A stretch of 64,000 nt of DNA from assembly GCF_004010195.1 (NCBI RefSeq), contig NC_057749.1:20506095-20570094 (forward strand), given 5' to 3'. The DNA comes from Chiloscyllium plagiosum (lineage: Eukaryota). Each line of letters starts with the position of its first letter. Position 1 is the first letter of the stretch. Shown piece after piece: positions 34,360-47,392 of this stretch. A model generated the notes under the pieces. It saw only the letters and a list, made by a program, of their open reading frames with translations. It was not told the origin of the DNA and did no database searches. A program made the translations under genes and the position numbers.

Positions 34360-35775
34360 ATGGGACCTGATCAGTTGTACCTTACAAATCTGTGGGAAGC
34401 TAGGGAAGTGATCGCTGGGCCTCTTGCTGAGATATTTGCATCATCAATAACCACAGGGGAGGTGCTGGAAGATTGGAGGTTGGTTAACGTGGTGCCACTA
34501 TCTCAAAGGTGGTAAGAAAAAGCCAGGGAACTACAGACTGGTGAGCGTGACATCAGTATTCGGCACATTGTTGGAGGGGATCCCGAGGGACAGGATTTAC
34601 ATGTATTTGGAAAGGCAAAGACGATTAGGGATGGTCAACATGGCTTTGTGCATGGGAAATGTGTCTCACTAACTTGATTGAGTTTTTTGAAGTAATGAGG
34701 GGGATTGATGAAGTGGTGGACGTGATCTAGATGGACTTCATTAAAGCATTCGACAAGGTTCCACATGGTTAGAAAAGTTTGATCATATGGAATACAGGGA
34801 GAATTAACCATTTGGAGTCAAAACTGGCTTGAAGGTAGGATACAGAAAGTGATGGTGAAGGGCAGGATTTATACACTTAATGGCCTGGGACATAGAGGCC
34901 TGGGACCAGTGGCGTGCCACAAGGATCAGTGCTAGATCCACTGCTTTTCATCATTAATATAAATGATTTGGATGTGAACCTCAGAGGTATGGTTAGTACA
35001 TTTGCAGATGACACCAATTTAGATAAATGAGGTGCTGCCTTTTGGTCAGACAAATCAGGGCAGGACTTATACACTTAATGGTAAGGTTCTGGAGAGTATT
35101 GCTGAACAAAGAGTTTATAGTTCCTTGAAAGTGGAGTTGCAGGCAGACAGCAGAGTGAAGGCGGTATTTGGTGTACTTGCTTTTATTGGTCAGTGCATGG
35201 AGTATAGGAGTTGAGAGGTCATGTTGCCGCTGTACAGGACATTGGTTAGGTCACTTTTGGAATACTGCAATTAATTCTGGTCTCTACTATAGAAAGGATG
35301 GTGTGGAACTTGAAAGGGTTCAGAAAAGATTTACAAGGATGTTGTCAGGATTAGAGAGCTTGAGCTATACGGAGAGGCTGAATAGGCTGGGACTATTTTC
35401 CTTTGAGTTGTGACCTTACAAAATAATGAGGGACATGGATAGGGTGAATGGACAAGGTCCTTTCCCGGAATAGGGGAATTCATAACAGGAGGGCATAGGT
35501 TTAAGGTCAGAGGGGAAAGATTTAAAAAGGACCTAAGGGGCGTTTTCATGCAGAGGGTAGTGTGTGAATGGAATGAGCTGCCTGAGAAAGTGGTGGAGGC
35601 TGGTACAATTACAATATTTAAAAGGAATCTGGGTGGGTATATGAATAGCAAGGGTTCAGAGGGATACAGGCCAAGTGCTGGGGCTAGATTAATTTAGGAT
35701 ATCTAGTTGGCATCGATAAGTTGGATCAAAGGGTCTATTTCCATGCTGTACATCTCTATGACTATGGCTCTATAA
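34360..35775 (+). mobile_element. CR1 LINE (RT to 3' tail), decayed
   Basis: CR1 RT motifs (GVPQGSVLDPLLF, ELERVQKRFTRML); tail GCTGTACATCTCTATGACTATG. Confidence 0.9.
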
Positions 35776-35884
35776 ACACACAGCAGAGACAGTTTCTTTA
35801 GTAGATTTGCAGTATTTAAAAAAAAAACACACCAAATGAAGCATAAATAAACTCAGTTTTTAGACTTATTGAATGCTTTAATCA

Positions 35885-37300
35885 TGTATAAGACCTAGGA
35901 GCAGAATTAGGCCATTCAGCCCATTAAGTCTGTTCCAACATTCAATCGTGGCTGATGTTTCCTAATCCTGTTCTCCTACCTTCTCCCCTTACTAATCAAG
36001 AACTACCTCCATTTTACATTAGCAATGAATTCCACAGATTGACCAGCCCCCAACTGAAGAAATTTCTCATCTCAGTCCCGAAAAGGTCATCCATTCACTT
36101 GGAGGCTGTGCCCTCAGGGCCTAGTCTCTGCTACTAGTGGAAACATCTCCATGTTTACTCTATTCAGACTTCTCAGTAATCTGTAAGGGACCAGTCAAAG
36201 AAAACCCTCTCTAGCCCCCCTTCAAAGCCAGCACACCCTTCCTTAAAAATGGGGTCCAAAGTTGTTCATAATATTCTAAATGTGGACTGACCAGAGCCTT
36301 ATACAGCCCTAGCAGTACATACCTGTTCTTGTATTCTAGCTCTCTTGCAATGGAATACTGGCATTGTATCTGCCTTCCTAATTGCCAAATTCAACCTGCG
36401 TGTTAACCCTCACAGAAACCCGAACAGGAATCCCAAGTCCCTTTGTGCTTCAGATTTCTGAAACCTTTCCCCCTTTTCAAAAAGTCTATGTCTCTATTCT
36501 TCCTACAAAGTGCTCAAGCTCACAATTTCCCACACTATACCCCATCCGGAACTTCTTTGCCTACTCAACTAACCTGCTCACATCTTTCCCATATCAACAC
36601 TACCAGTCCTTCTACCTTTGCGCAATGTGCAAACTTAACAACAATGCCACATTTCTTCATCCAGGTTGTTAATGTGAATAGCTATGGCATAAAACTGATG
36701 TATGTGGAGCTCCAGTCACAGGCTGCCATTCTGAAAAAAGACCCATCTAATCCCACTCTATGCCTACTGCCAGACAACCAATCCTCCATCTACACCAGTA
36801 CGCTGCCGCTAAAATCAAGGAAACTTACCTTAATTAGCAACCTTCTGTGCAGCAATTTTTTAAAGCCTTCTGGAAATCCAAATAGACCACATCCACTGGC
36901 TCTCCTTTGTCTGACATGCTCATTACCTCCTCAAAGAATTCCAACAGATTTGTCAGGTATGACCTTGCCTTGACAATAGTGTTGACTCAGCCCTATTTAA
37001 CCATGCAGTTCTAAGTACTCTCTAATTTCATTAGAGGTCAGGCTAACTGGCTTATAATTTCCCATATCTGCCTCCCTCCATTCTTAAATACAGGGGTGCT
37101 ATGTTTACCAATTGTCTAGGACTCTCCCAGAACTCCAGCAATTCCTGGAGGAATGCCTGCACAATCTCCTCAGCTATCCCCTTCAGAACTCTGGGTACAG
37201 TCCATCTGGTCCAGGTAATTTATCCACCTTCACATCTTTCAGCTTCCTCAGCAACTTCTCCTTAGTGGTGGCTACTATGCTCATCTCTGCCCGAATCTCT
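35885..37300 (-). mobile_element. CR1 LINE (older subfamily), decayed with deletions
   Basis: CATGTATAAGACCTAGGAGCAGAATTAGGCCATTCAGCCC tail; reverse-strand RT motifs (DVVYLDFQKA). Confidence 0.8.
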
Positions 37301-39107
37301 TGAATAGTGGTCAAATTTCCCATTCTGCACGCTAACTCATGTTAGCAATATTATATTCTTATAAAAGGATGAACTTATTGGGGAGGCAATGGCTTAACAT
37401 ATTATTGCTGGACTATTAATCATGAGACCCTGAAAACGTTCTGGGGATGTGGTCAGAATCCTGCCACAGCAGATGGTGGGATCTGAATTCAATTTTAAAA
37501 ATCTGGAATTAGGAGTCTAACGTTAACCACATAACAAAAGTCAAATGTCAGAAAAATCCATCTCGTACACTAATGTGCTTTAGGAAAGGAAACTGCCTAG
37601 AGGGTAGTCAAGAGTAAACCACATTGCTATGGGTCTGACCTACAGGAGACTCCAGACCCACAGAATCTGGTTGACTTTTGATTACTCTCTGGGCAATTAG
37701 GGATGGGCAATAAATGCTGGTCGAGCCAGTGATATCCACATCCCAGCGCCACATTTTTAATTTTAAAAAAGGTTTTGCAGCACTGTGGTACTGTCCCTAC
37801 CTCAATGTTCAAGCCCCAGAAGTGTGTCACATGTCAAAACAGATTGACTAAAAAAACCAAAATCAATATCTTGTCCTCGCAGGTGTTCAGCTTATTTGGG
37901 AGGATCTGGCCATGTAAATTAGTTTATCATTCTCCTAAAACAGTAATCTATCAGGCTAACATTGGGGCATCTCGACTCAAAACGTTAGCTTGTTCTCTTT
38001 CCATGGATGCTGTCTGACCTGCTGTGATCTCTAGCATTTGTTGTTTTATAGATTCCAGCATCTGCAGTAATTTGCTCCTACAGTGATCTATCTGCTTTAT
38101 GTGACACAACTTCCCTTCCTTTTTCTGGTGGAAACTGGGTAACATGACCCTACATGACATTTGCTATTCTCAACCAAGTGAGCAGCAAAGTCTGTCTGCT
38201 AATGCATTCGTCACTCAGCCTGACCAAAATCCTGGTTGATGGATTTTAGGAATTTTAAAAAAGGCACAATATTTCAATCAAGTCATTTTGAAAAGAAGTA
38301 CACATCAACTGATGATGGAAACATCAAGTTCCTATTTCTCAGAATGTAATGGCGACAGAGTGCCTAAGTACAGACAACATGTAGAGCTTAGTGAAAGTTT
38401 AATGGCACTACATTTTAAAAAAAAAGCTGTGCACAGCAGGCAATTCAGCTCCTCAAGCAAGATCTCCTGTTCAATCAGACTAATTCCTCTTAACTGCTCC
38501 ATGGATCTTATTCTGTAGAAGCACAGAAATGGAAAGCAAACTGAAAACAGGACAACGAGCAGAAAAGGAATTTGACAAAGACCCAGGTTGGTATCAAGTG
38601 TTTTGCAGCTGAATTGACAGAAACAGGGTGAAACTTTGTTAGTTTAGTACACTATTTGGATGATAAACAAAAAATATAATACATTCACAGTTAAAATTGA
38701 GACCACTCCAAATAACAGCATGAGATTTATTACAGAGGGACCACATAAGTGGTAAAGGGAAAAGACAAGGGGTTGTGGACTTGCTTGCTGAGCTGGTAAG
38801 TTTGTTCACAGACGATTCATCACCATGCTAGGGTAAATCATCAGTGTACCTCTGGTGAAGCATTGGCGTCCTGTCCCACTTGCTGTGTGTCTGGCTCTGC
38901 TGGTGTAATTTCAGGTTTTGTTGTTTTTCTTAGTGGATTTATATGGGATCCAAATCTACATGTTTGTTAATGGATTTCTGGGTTGAATGCCAGACTTCCA
39001 GGAATTCCCACACGTCTCTTCTTGTCCCAGGATGGATACGTTGTCCCAGTCAAATTGGTGTCCCTCATTGCCTGTGTGAAGTGACTAGTGATAGCTGATC
39101 ATGTCTT

Positions 39108-39408
39108 TACATTAGATTACTTACAGTGTGGAAACAGGCCCTTCAGCCCAACAAGTCCACACCGGCCCTCCGAAGAGTAACCCACCCAGACCCATTCCCT
39201 TACATTTACCCCTGCCCCTAACACTATGGGCAATTTAACATGGCCAATTCACCTGACCTGCACAGCTTTGGACTGTGGGAGGAAACCAGAGCACCCGGAG
39301 AAAACCCACGCAGACACGGGGAGAATGTGCAAACCCCACATAGTCGCCTGAGACGGGAATTGAACCCGGGTCTCTGGCGCTATGAGGCAGCAGTGCTAAC
39401 CACTGTGG
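39108..39408 (-). mobile_element. HE1-type V-SINE inserted in the PLE
   Basis: Reverse-complement V-domain with TTAGATTAC tail. Confidence 0.9.
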
Positions 39409-39994
39409 TGGCTAGTTGGCGTTCGTAACGTAGTGGCTAATTTTCTTCCTGTTTGCTCTATGTAGTGTTTTTGGCAGTTTTTACACAGTATTTTGTTATA
39501 ACACTGGTCCTATTGGATGTAGGTTTGGGATCCTTTATACTTGTTAGTAGTTGTTATAGTGGGGTAGTCGGTTTGTGGACTACCATGATACCAATGCACC
39601 AAAGTATCCTGGTGGTAATTTCTGGTATGTTCTTAACGCCCAGACACACTGCCATACATGTTGCATTTTTCTGTTGTGTGGGCATTGTTGGACCAAGCTT
39701 TTTGGGTATCCATTGTTTCTGAAGATGTTGCGTATGTGTTGTTCTTCTGCTTTGCGCAGCTCTGGGGTCCTGCGGTGGGTTGTGGCTTGCTTGAATAATG
39801 TCCTGCTGCAGCTTTGTTTGTGGGTGTTGGGATGTTTGCTGTTTTGTTGAGTACTTGGTCTGTGTGGATGGCCTTGAATTGAAGTCGGTTACTTTCTTCC
39901 TTGGTGAACTTGATGCTGGTACGGCTGTTGTTTAGGAGTTGATGGGTTTCCTCTAGCTGTGGGCATTTGGTAATTACAAAGGTGTCATGTACAG

Positions 39995-40255
39995 GATAGC
40001 ACCTGGGTTCGATTCCAACCTTGGGCAACTGTGTGTAGAGTTTGCACATTCTCCCAGTGTCTGTCTGGGTTTCCTCCAGGTGCTCCGGTTTCCTCCTACA
40101 GTTCAAAGATGTGCAGGTTGGGTGAATTGGCCGTGCTAAATTGTCCATAGTGTTCAGGGATGTATGGGTTAGGTACATTAGTCAGGGGGAAATGTGGAAT
40201 ATTTGGGTAGGGGTATGAGTGAGATAATCTTCAGAGGATTAGTCTGGACTTATTG
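39995..40255 (+). mobile_element. HE1-type V-SINE (5'-truncated) inserted in the PLE
   Basis: CCTGGGTTCGATTCC B-box followed by the V-domain. Confidence 0.85.
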
Positions 40256-42438
40256 GACCAAAATGCCAGTTTGCCACATTGTGGATCCAGAGTTTTGGCT
40301 GAGTAGTGGACAGCACTGTCTGTTCTAGTCTTTGCACAACCGCTTCTGCTGTTAGTCCTGATATCAGTGATCGCATGGGTGCACTGTATCCCTGACCGTT
40401 GAAGATGAAGTAGATTGTGAGGCACAGATCTAGTAGCTGGAGGGTGCTGTCCCTGCTGACAGTGTTACAGGCTGTCTGCATTCCTGGCTCGAGTAGCAAG
40501 GCTATTGTTTCCTTGGTTAGGGGGATGTCCATAGAGGTGAACAGCACTGTCACATCGAAAGGAGACCAAAATCTCATCCTCGTCTCGAGCTGTGCAAAGC
40601 AGAACACCTACATAATGTCTTCAGAAGCAACGGGTACCCATAAAGTGCAGTCTGCCGATACATAAATGACAGACCACAACACACCTAGATACACTGGTCA
40701 CACGGTCATTCATTAAGGACATGTCAGAAATGACCAGATGACTATTACTACCACAAAATGTGTAAAGACTGTCAAAAACTCTACATTGGGGAAACAGGAA
40801 GGAAATTGGCCTCCAGGGTCCATAATGACCAACTAGCCACCAAGAGACACGACTTGTATCACATCACACAGACAATTAGGGCCCCAATTCGACTGGGATG
40901 ACATGTCCATCCTCGGACAGGCCAATCAGAGAGACAGCGTGGGAATTCCTGCAAGCCTGCCACTCCATTAACAAATGTAGATTTGGACCCATGTCCCAAT
41001 CACTAAGAAACAGAAACAAAAGCAGAATGACAGCACCAACCGCAGCAGAACCAGACAGAGACACACGCAGCATACAGGACAGAACACCAATGCTTCACCA
41101 GAGGCACACTGATGATGTTACCTAGCATGGTGATGACTCACCTGTGAACGAGCTTACCAGCTCAGCAAGTCAACAACTTCACCTACAACCTGGGCTACAA
41201 ATCTTCTCGAACATGGAGGGAAAAGACTAGCTCAAGCCGGCTTTAACCTGCTCACATTAAAAGTGTTCTCCCAGTGCAGCAACTATAATGAATGAATTGG
41301 AAACATTTCAATGACTTCCAGATTTCAGAAAGAGAAAATCAGTGCTGGACATTAAAAGCAAAGCACTGAAAAGCACTTTGTAGCCTGCAGTTTTTCACAA
41401 TATTCCCACCACATTCACGCAATCTTTAAAACGTCAATACCAAACACGGTGAAAGCCAAAGAGTTAAAGCACAGCTAGTTTATCAACACCAAATGCCATC
41501 CTAAAGCTACTAACTTCCATCATATCATACAAAATGAACAAATACAGATGACAGCAGTAATTTTTAGAAGTTTTATTCAAATGCGGAATTCCCACGACTC
41601 CAAGATCATGAGGAAAAGGATTCTGTGGGGGTACTGGGCCAAGTACTTCACAATGTAACCACACATGGCAGATTGGATCTAACCCACCATGAAAACAAAG
41701 GAGGCAAAAGGCAAATACTGTGGGCGCTGGAAATCTGAAATTAACACAATGCTGGAGAAAAATCATCAGGCCTGGCGGCATTGGCGGAGAGAGAGTGAGG
41801 AAGAGCATCAACATTGCAATACTGGTACAAATCTTTCAGAACTGGAGTCCTTCTCAACAGTCATACCAGACTTGAAATGTTAACTCTCTTTCTCTCTCCA
41901 TTGGTGCTGCCAGAGTTTCGCTAACCTTGTGATTGTTTCATGAAAACAAAGGGATTCTCCTCCCTGAATAGTGTGTTGGAAATACCTGATGGCACTTCAA
42001 AAGTAGAACTTGAGTTTTATTTCAACAGTAAATGAACAAAACAAAGTGTGGAAGTTTGTGTTTACTGGGGGATGTGTTATGGGATAAAATGATCAAAAAG
42101 TCTTAGAAATGACCAATTTAAAAATTCTAATTACTTAAAATTATTCCAGATCCACTTCAAGAAAAAAAGATGGGCAATTTTCACAATCGGTGCTTTAAAA
42201 CAATAGGAAGTTAACAGTGGAAGGGTGGGGAATGAGGGTGCTGTATCAAATGAAGAAAAGATGAGCAGGCACTTCGTACAACAACACACACACACACAAA
42301 GAAAACTACTAAACATACCTGAACAAGCTGGGTCTGTCCACAATGTTTAACGAGAAAAGTACTGATGGGATTGTTCATTACTAATCACCACCAAGAAAAG
42401 CAGCCACACAGGGCAGTATGAGGATTTCTCAGTAAGAC

Positions 42439-42444
42439 TTTATT
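42439..42444 (-). terminator. Candidate SEC11A polyadenylation signal
   Basis: First canonical AATAAA I found on the minus strand after the stop (about 1.4 kb), followed by a GU-rich tract; alternatives at 42016 and 41572. Confidence 0.4.
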
Positions 42445-42601
42445 GGAAAGTAGAGTCTTTCAGAGATGGAGAGGTGGGCTCTTGCAATTTACTTGGTTAC
42501 AACGTACCAATGTCACCTTCACCTCCTAACTACACTGATTCATCCAGTCCAGGTACCAGCATTTCAATACAAATGCACTTTGTAAAATGTGAGCACTGTG
42601 T

Positions 42602-42818
42602 GCAAAGTTAAAAATCACACACCAGGTGTATTTGGAATCACCAGCTTTCAGAGTGCTGCTCCTTCATCAGGTGGTTGATGAGTATACGCCACAGCCACCT
42701 GAAGGAGCGGTGCTCCAAAAGCCAGTGCTTCCAAATAAACCTGTTGGACCATAACCTGGGGTTGTGCGATTTTTAACTTTGTCCACCCCAGTCCAACACC
42801 GACATCTCCAAATCATGA
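42602..42818. mobile_element. Fold-back palindrome of the PLE family B terminus (in the putative SEC11A 3' UTR)
   Basis: AAAGTTAAAAATCAC...AGCTTTCAGAGTGCTGCTCCTTCATCAGGTGG versus CCACCTGAAGGAGCGGTGCTCC...GATTTTTAACTTT. Confidence 0.8.
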
Positions 42819-43863
42819 CTCTCATTTTACATTTGTGAATAATTTGCAAGTTGTGATGGACAGAATGGTTAATAATAATCAGGACCATCTCTGGATGAAG
42901 GCTCTCCCTAATCTCACCAAACCTTTTCACAACCAAGTACTGGACATTGTTCTGACGTCAAACGGTTGGATATGGTTTGAAGAGTACAACATTTCCACCA
43001 ATCTGACAGAACATACAGAGGGTTAGACGTATTCTACGATCATCTTATTTAAAGTAAGGTGATCGAATAAATAAAGATAGCAGGTGAACTGGAAAAGAAG
43101 TGACTTCCAACTGTACAATGTGTCATAGTTTAAGTATCTGCGTAACTGTCCAATATTTGGTATTTCACATTTTCAATCTGCAATAAAGGAGAATCTAGGC
43201 AAGCTTCAACTTCCCTTCCAAATGGGTTCCAAGTAAGAACATGGAACTTGGCTCCATTTTTAAAGATTGACACACAGTTCACTGGCCCATTTGTCGTCTT
43301 TGGGTTTCAACTGCTGCTGCCAGCTATTTACTGTATCGTGTATGCTTTGGTCAGAGGTATTTGAGGTTTCCAAACAAGTTAGGGGACACCATGTTTCTTG
43401 GATATGCTGAGAAAGTGTACTGGGAGGTGGCCTGCTTCCTGACCAATACCAGCAAACCCACAATGTACTCCAATTTGTATTCAGACTGAAACAGCAGCAG
43501 CACACCAAAAAAAGCGCCAAGCTTTAAAAGGTGCAAACTGGCATCGACCCACCTGGCTTCAAACCTCTCTTCCCCCCCCCCCCACCCCAACCAAATGCCT
43601 GACCAACTCCAGGCTGCAGTAAAAATTTAGATTCAGTAAACAAAAAATAATGGGGAACGTGTGTGTGTGTGCGCAAGGTGACATCTTTCAGTTCATCACT
43701 TGTGAACATTCCTACAGTACTGATCTTCATTAAAAACACAATCACCATGTGGCAGTAAGCAGAAATCCATGGAAATAGCTGCAAAGTCGCACGCCTGCCA
43801 GTAATTTTCTTCATTTTAAACATTTGGTTTGACTAATATCCTTGGACAAACTTCACCCATTCT

Positions 43864-43914
43864 TCACTCTCGATGCACAAGGACAAAGAGCCCCAGCAGA
43901 ACAAGTACCGCATA
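43864..43914 (-). CDS. SEC11A: Signal peptidase complex catalytic subunit SEC11A, exon 6
   Basis: tttcag|YAVLVLLGLFVLVHRE*; matches the human C-terminus. Confidence 0.96.
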   Translation of the reverse strand, partial: YAVLVLLGLFVLVHRE

Positions 43915-43998
43915 CTGAAAAAGAAATTAATAAAAGCATTAATAAAACAAAACATTCACAAAAGATTATTGGTGGAAACAGGATTCAATCAAGCTTAC

Positions 43999-44056
43999 CT
44001 TAAATTTTGGATAGTCATTCATTAAAATGGTCACTATACCTATGTAAGGTACAAAC
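43999..44056 (-). CDS. SEC11A: SEC11A exon 5
   Basis: ccag|(G)[19 protein letters not shown]|gtaagc; 58 nt. Confidence 0.96.
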
Positions 44057-47055
44057 CTGGAAAAGAAAGATTTTTGAAATCTGTTAGACAATAATCAAAC
44101 AAACAACAGAAAAACCTAGCATCACGATACTGTTATCAAAATAACCTACGGTTTAAGATGTAGCCTCAGGAATAAGGGGACTGGTACTGAAGTGAGACTG
44201 ACTGCAATTAACAGGAAGAGACAGCTGAATAGACAGTGACAAACAGGCTGGTTGGCCGAGTCCATAAATACTGTGGGGATTAATGAGAGATCATACTACA
44301 GTCAAATATGTTTGCTTACTAGAAAAAAGTAGCTTTACTCTAGATCCCACTGAAGGCATTCTGGGATTTTAGCAACTTGGATCTTAAACTAGCCAGTGAT
44401 TAATTCTCATCTGGTTACAACAGTCAACAGTGTGTATTTGTCTAGCTTATGTAATAAAACATGGAAGGTTTTTCACTTTACTTGAAAACTATAATTCCTA
44501 TAAATACAATTAGAAAAAAAAAACAGAATACTTGCAATCCAAAAATCTGTGAGAACAGAACCGAATATGCACAATTTCAAGTCAATTAATTATCAAGGTG
44601 GGATAGCAGTCATTTGGTATAAATTTCATACCGATGAGATTGTTGATGTAATCAAATGCTCATCACTTCACTGCAATGATATGTGATGTAAAACAAGTAC
44701 AAAAATGGGCTGGAAAATTACTTTCAGGAGCAGGCTCTGCATTACTATTTAAGCTTTCAAGATTTCAGGGTACAAAACATTCACCAAAATGGACCAGAAA
44801 ATTTAGATTCTCTCTCATCCTTCTGTACAAGTACTCTGCAAACTATACATGCAAACTTTAAAACGATCTGCCTCAGTTGTTTGCCACTTTGCTAAATTTA
44901 AACTCACGAATCTGCAAACTATCACTTTAGAATTATTGTGCAAAGGATATCATTCAACTAGATTTGACATGTTTCAGGTTGTTACTTTGTAATCGGTAGC
45001 TGGCAGCTTAACATTTTATGATACTTCCCTGTATTTTCTGAAAACCAAGTATCACATTAACATATACAAAGGAATTTGAAAAATCGCAAATACCCATCTA
45101 TATTTATATTAATCCCTCATACTTCAATTTAGTGATATTGCCTATGCATTTCTCTAGAATATTTTACCACTCAAAATTGTTAACAGCCCACATATTTTTA
45201 TTTAAGCGAAGGATGAAACTAAACCTTTTGGAGATCAGGTATACACCAGTATTGAGAATAAGCACAATAGGGCATACACTTAACATGGAGATTTCTCAAA
45301 CCGAATGTCATTTGTTGGTGCAGGACAAGTAAACAGATCCGAATGGTTTAGAAAATGGAGTTCCAGGTTTGAGGCAACAATTTTATTTTCCAGGCACAGA
45401 ATCCAACATTTGTCACATCATAATTATATTTAAAAAGGAGGTATATTGTGTGCATTTTGGCTTTCAGTACTCTGGGAGCAACGATACTGCTCACGTAGTT
45501 TCACTGTGAACCCTCCCCGTCTACGTGCCGAGTCCAAACTTGCAAAACAAAAAACAGCTGCCCTGGTGACCATTTCAGATAGCACTCATTTAGCCAAGGC
45601 CTGAGACGTGGTAGCAGCCAACAGCACTGCTTACCTCTGCAATTTCCTTAGTGGTAGGTAAAACTCCATTCAACTGGTAGTAACAAATCATTTGTATTAC
45701 ACACTGACAGCAACTCCAGGGTGCGTTGTAAAACCCATGCAACACAAGTACCTTTCAGTATTGTGTTATGCAAGTTACAGGGCAGTTAATATAACACATA
45801 GTAAAGACTCACCCCACACCACTGGAATTGTACTGCTAAAGAGTATATTCATAATCATTGCCTAGTACAATTGATCAAGGTTTCTGTGACTGTTACAGTC
45901 AATGATAATGTAATACAGCTCAACGTTTATGACGCATCATCCATGTTTAAAAAAAAACTACAGCTTTGGTGTATTGGTAAGTGCATGAAGCAAGTTATTA
46001 TTGTTCTCAGCTTCTGTTCAATCAATTCAAGTTTATAGGAACAAGAGTTGTAATAAAAGGGCTGATTACAAGTTTGTTTGCTGTTGTACTGGCACACGTG
46101 CAATACACATTGTCTCTGGTGTTTCCATTCCATTCCAAAAAGAAACCTAACACTATGTTCACAATTGAACAGTTCCACACTCCCATGATTCAGATGTCAA
46201 CAGAAGGAAGTAGATTCACTGCATTTTTTTATTTCTTTAATTTTGATCAAAGTGGGTTATTAAATATAGAAAACACGGGGAGGAGGTGGTATGGAGTAGC
46301 AAAGGAAAAGAGAAACAGCAAAATGCATTTCCTACTACTATTCCCTGTGCATTGCTGAACTGCTGCTTTTAAAATCTAAGTTCAGTGTTACACAGTTAGG
46401 AGCAGAGTAATTTACTCCCCTGACACTCAAAATGTATTCTGTGATAATAACTCCCCATTTAGCAAGACAGTCATGTTATTGCTACAAGAGGCAGAAATGA
46501 AATTTTACAAGTGACCCTCCAGTTAACAGCTCAGGTTTTCACTAAGTTTTTCTCTGACTCAATAAGGCACTTCCACCTAGTTATTTCTTCTTTTCATATA
46601 AAAAAAGGTGTAATTACAGAGGAGGAAAGCACTTTTAACTAAAGTGCTTGTCTAAAAAAAAACTGAAGAAACTTCACGCGTGCCAGGAATGATAAAGTCA
46701 AGGCTTCTCTCCACATTTGGGCAAAAGAAAAAGGGGACAAATCAAACATTTGTCAGATAGATCTTATCCAGTAGGTTTCCTTGCCTATCAGTTGTTGTAA
46801 TGCTAGGCAGCTATGGACCACCCACCCCAGACCTGGATGCCAATCACTGGGATCCAATTCAATTAAAGGCCAAAGAGGTCAGGAATCAAGTGAAGTTGTC
46901 ATTCCGACAGTCACCATGTTAACTGAAGACAAAGACAAAGACAGTTAAGGTAAAACAGAACAGTATGTTATTCTACAAGTTAATCGATCACCTCAAACAT
47001 GCTGCACTGTGAACATCAAAAATAAACTTTGTTGAAAACACAACACCACCATTTT

Positions 47056-47392
47056 CGGCACGGTGGCTCAGCATTTAGCACTGGTGCCTCACAGCACCAG
47101 GGACCCGGATTCAGTTCCAGCTTTGGGCGACTGTGTGGAGTTTGCACATTCTCCCAGTGTCTGCGTGGGTTTCCTTCGGGTGCTCCGGTTTCCTCCCACA
47201 GTCCAAAGATGTGCAGGTTAGGGTGAATTGGCCGTGCTAAGTTGCCCATAGTGTTCAGGGATGTGTAGGTAGGTGCATTAGTTAAGGGTAAATCGAGGGT
47301 AGTAGGGGAATGGGTCTGGGTGGTTACTTTTCGGAGGGTCGGTGTGGACGTGTAGGGATGAATGGCCTATTTCCATACTGTAGGCATTCTAT
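47056..47392 (+). mobile_element. HE1-type V-SINE
   Basis: CGGCACGGTGGCTCAG head, V-domain, CR1-like tail. Confidence 0.9.

Larger units (their letters stand above)
38775..41215. mobile_element. Penelope-like element (family C): RT/GIY-YIG on minus (38775-40610) plus inverted 3' copy on plus (40620-41215); contains two HE1 SINEs
   Basis: ORF 40239-40607 (PFDVTVLFTS...LLDLCLTIYFIFNGQ...SLISGLTAEAVVQRLE) is PLE RT. Terminal segment 38778-38870 is the reverse complement of 41083-41172. Confidence 0.8.

Noticed and set aside
34861-34884. 24-bp segment repeated at 35058-35081 within a CR1
   Set aside because: A small internal rearrangement of a dead LINE with no sign of function.
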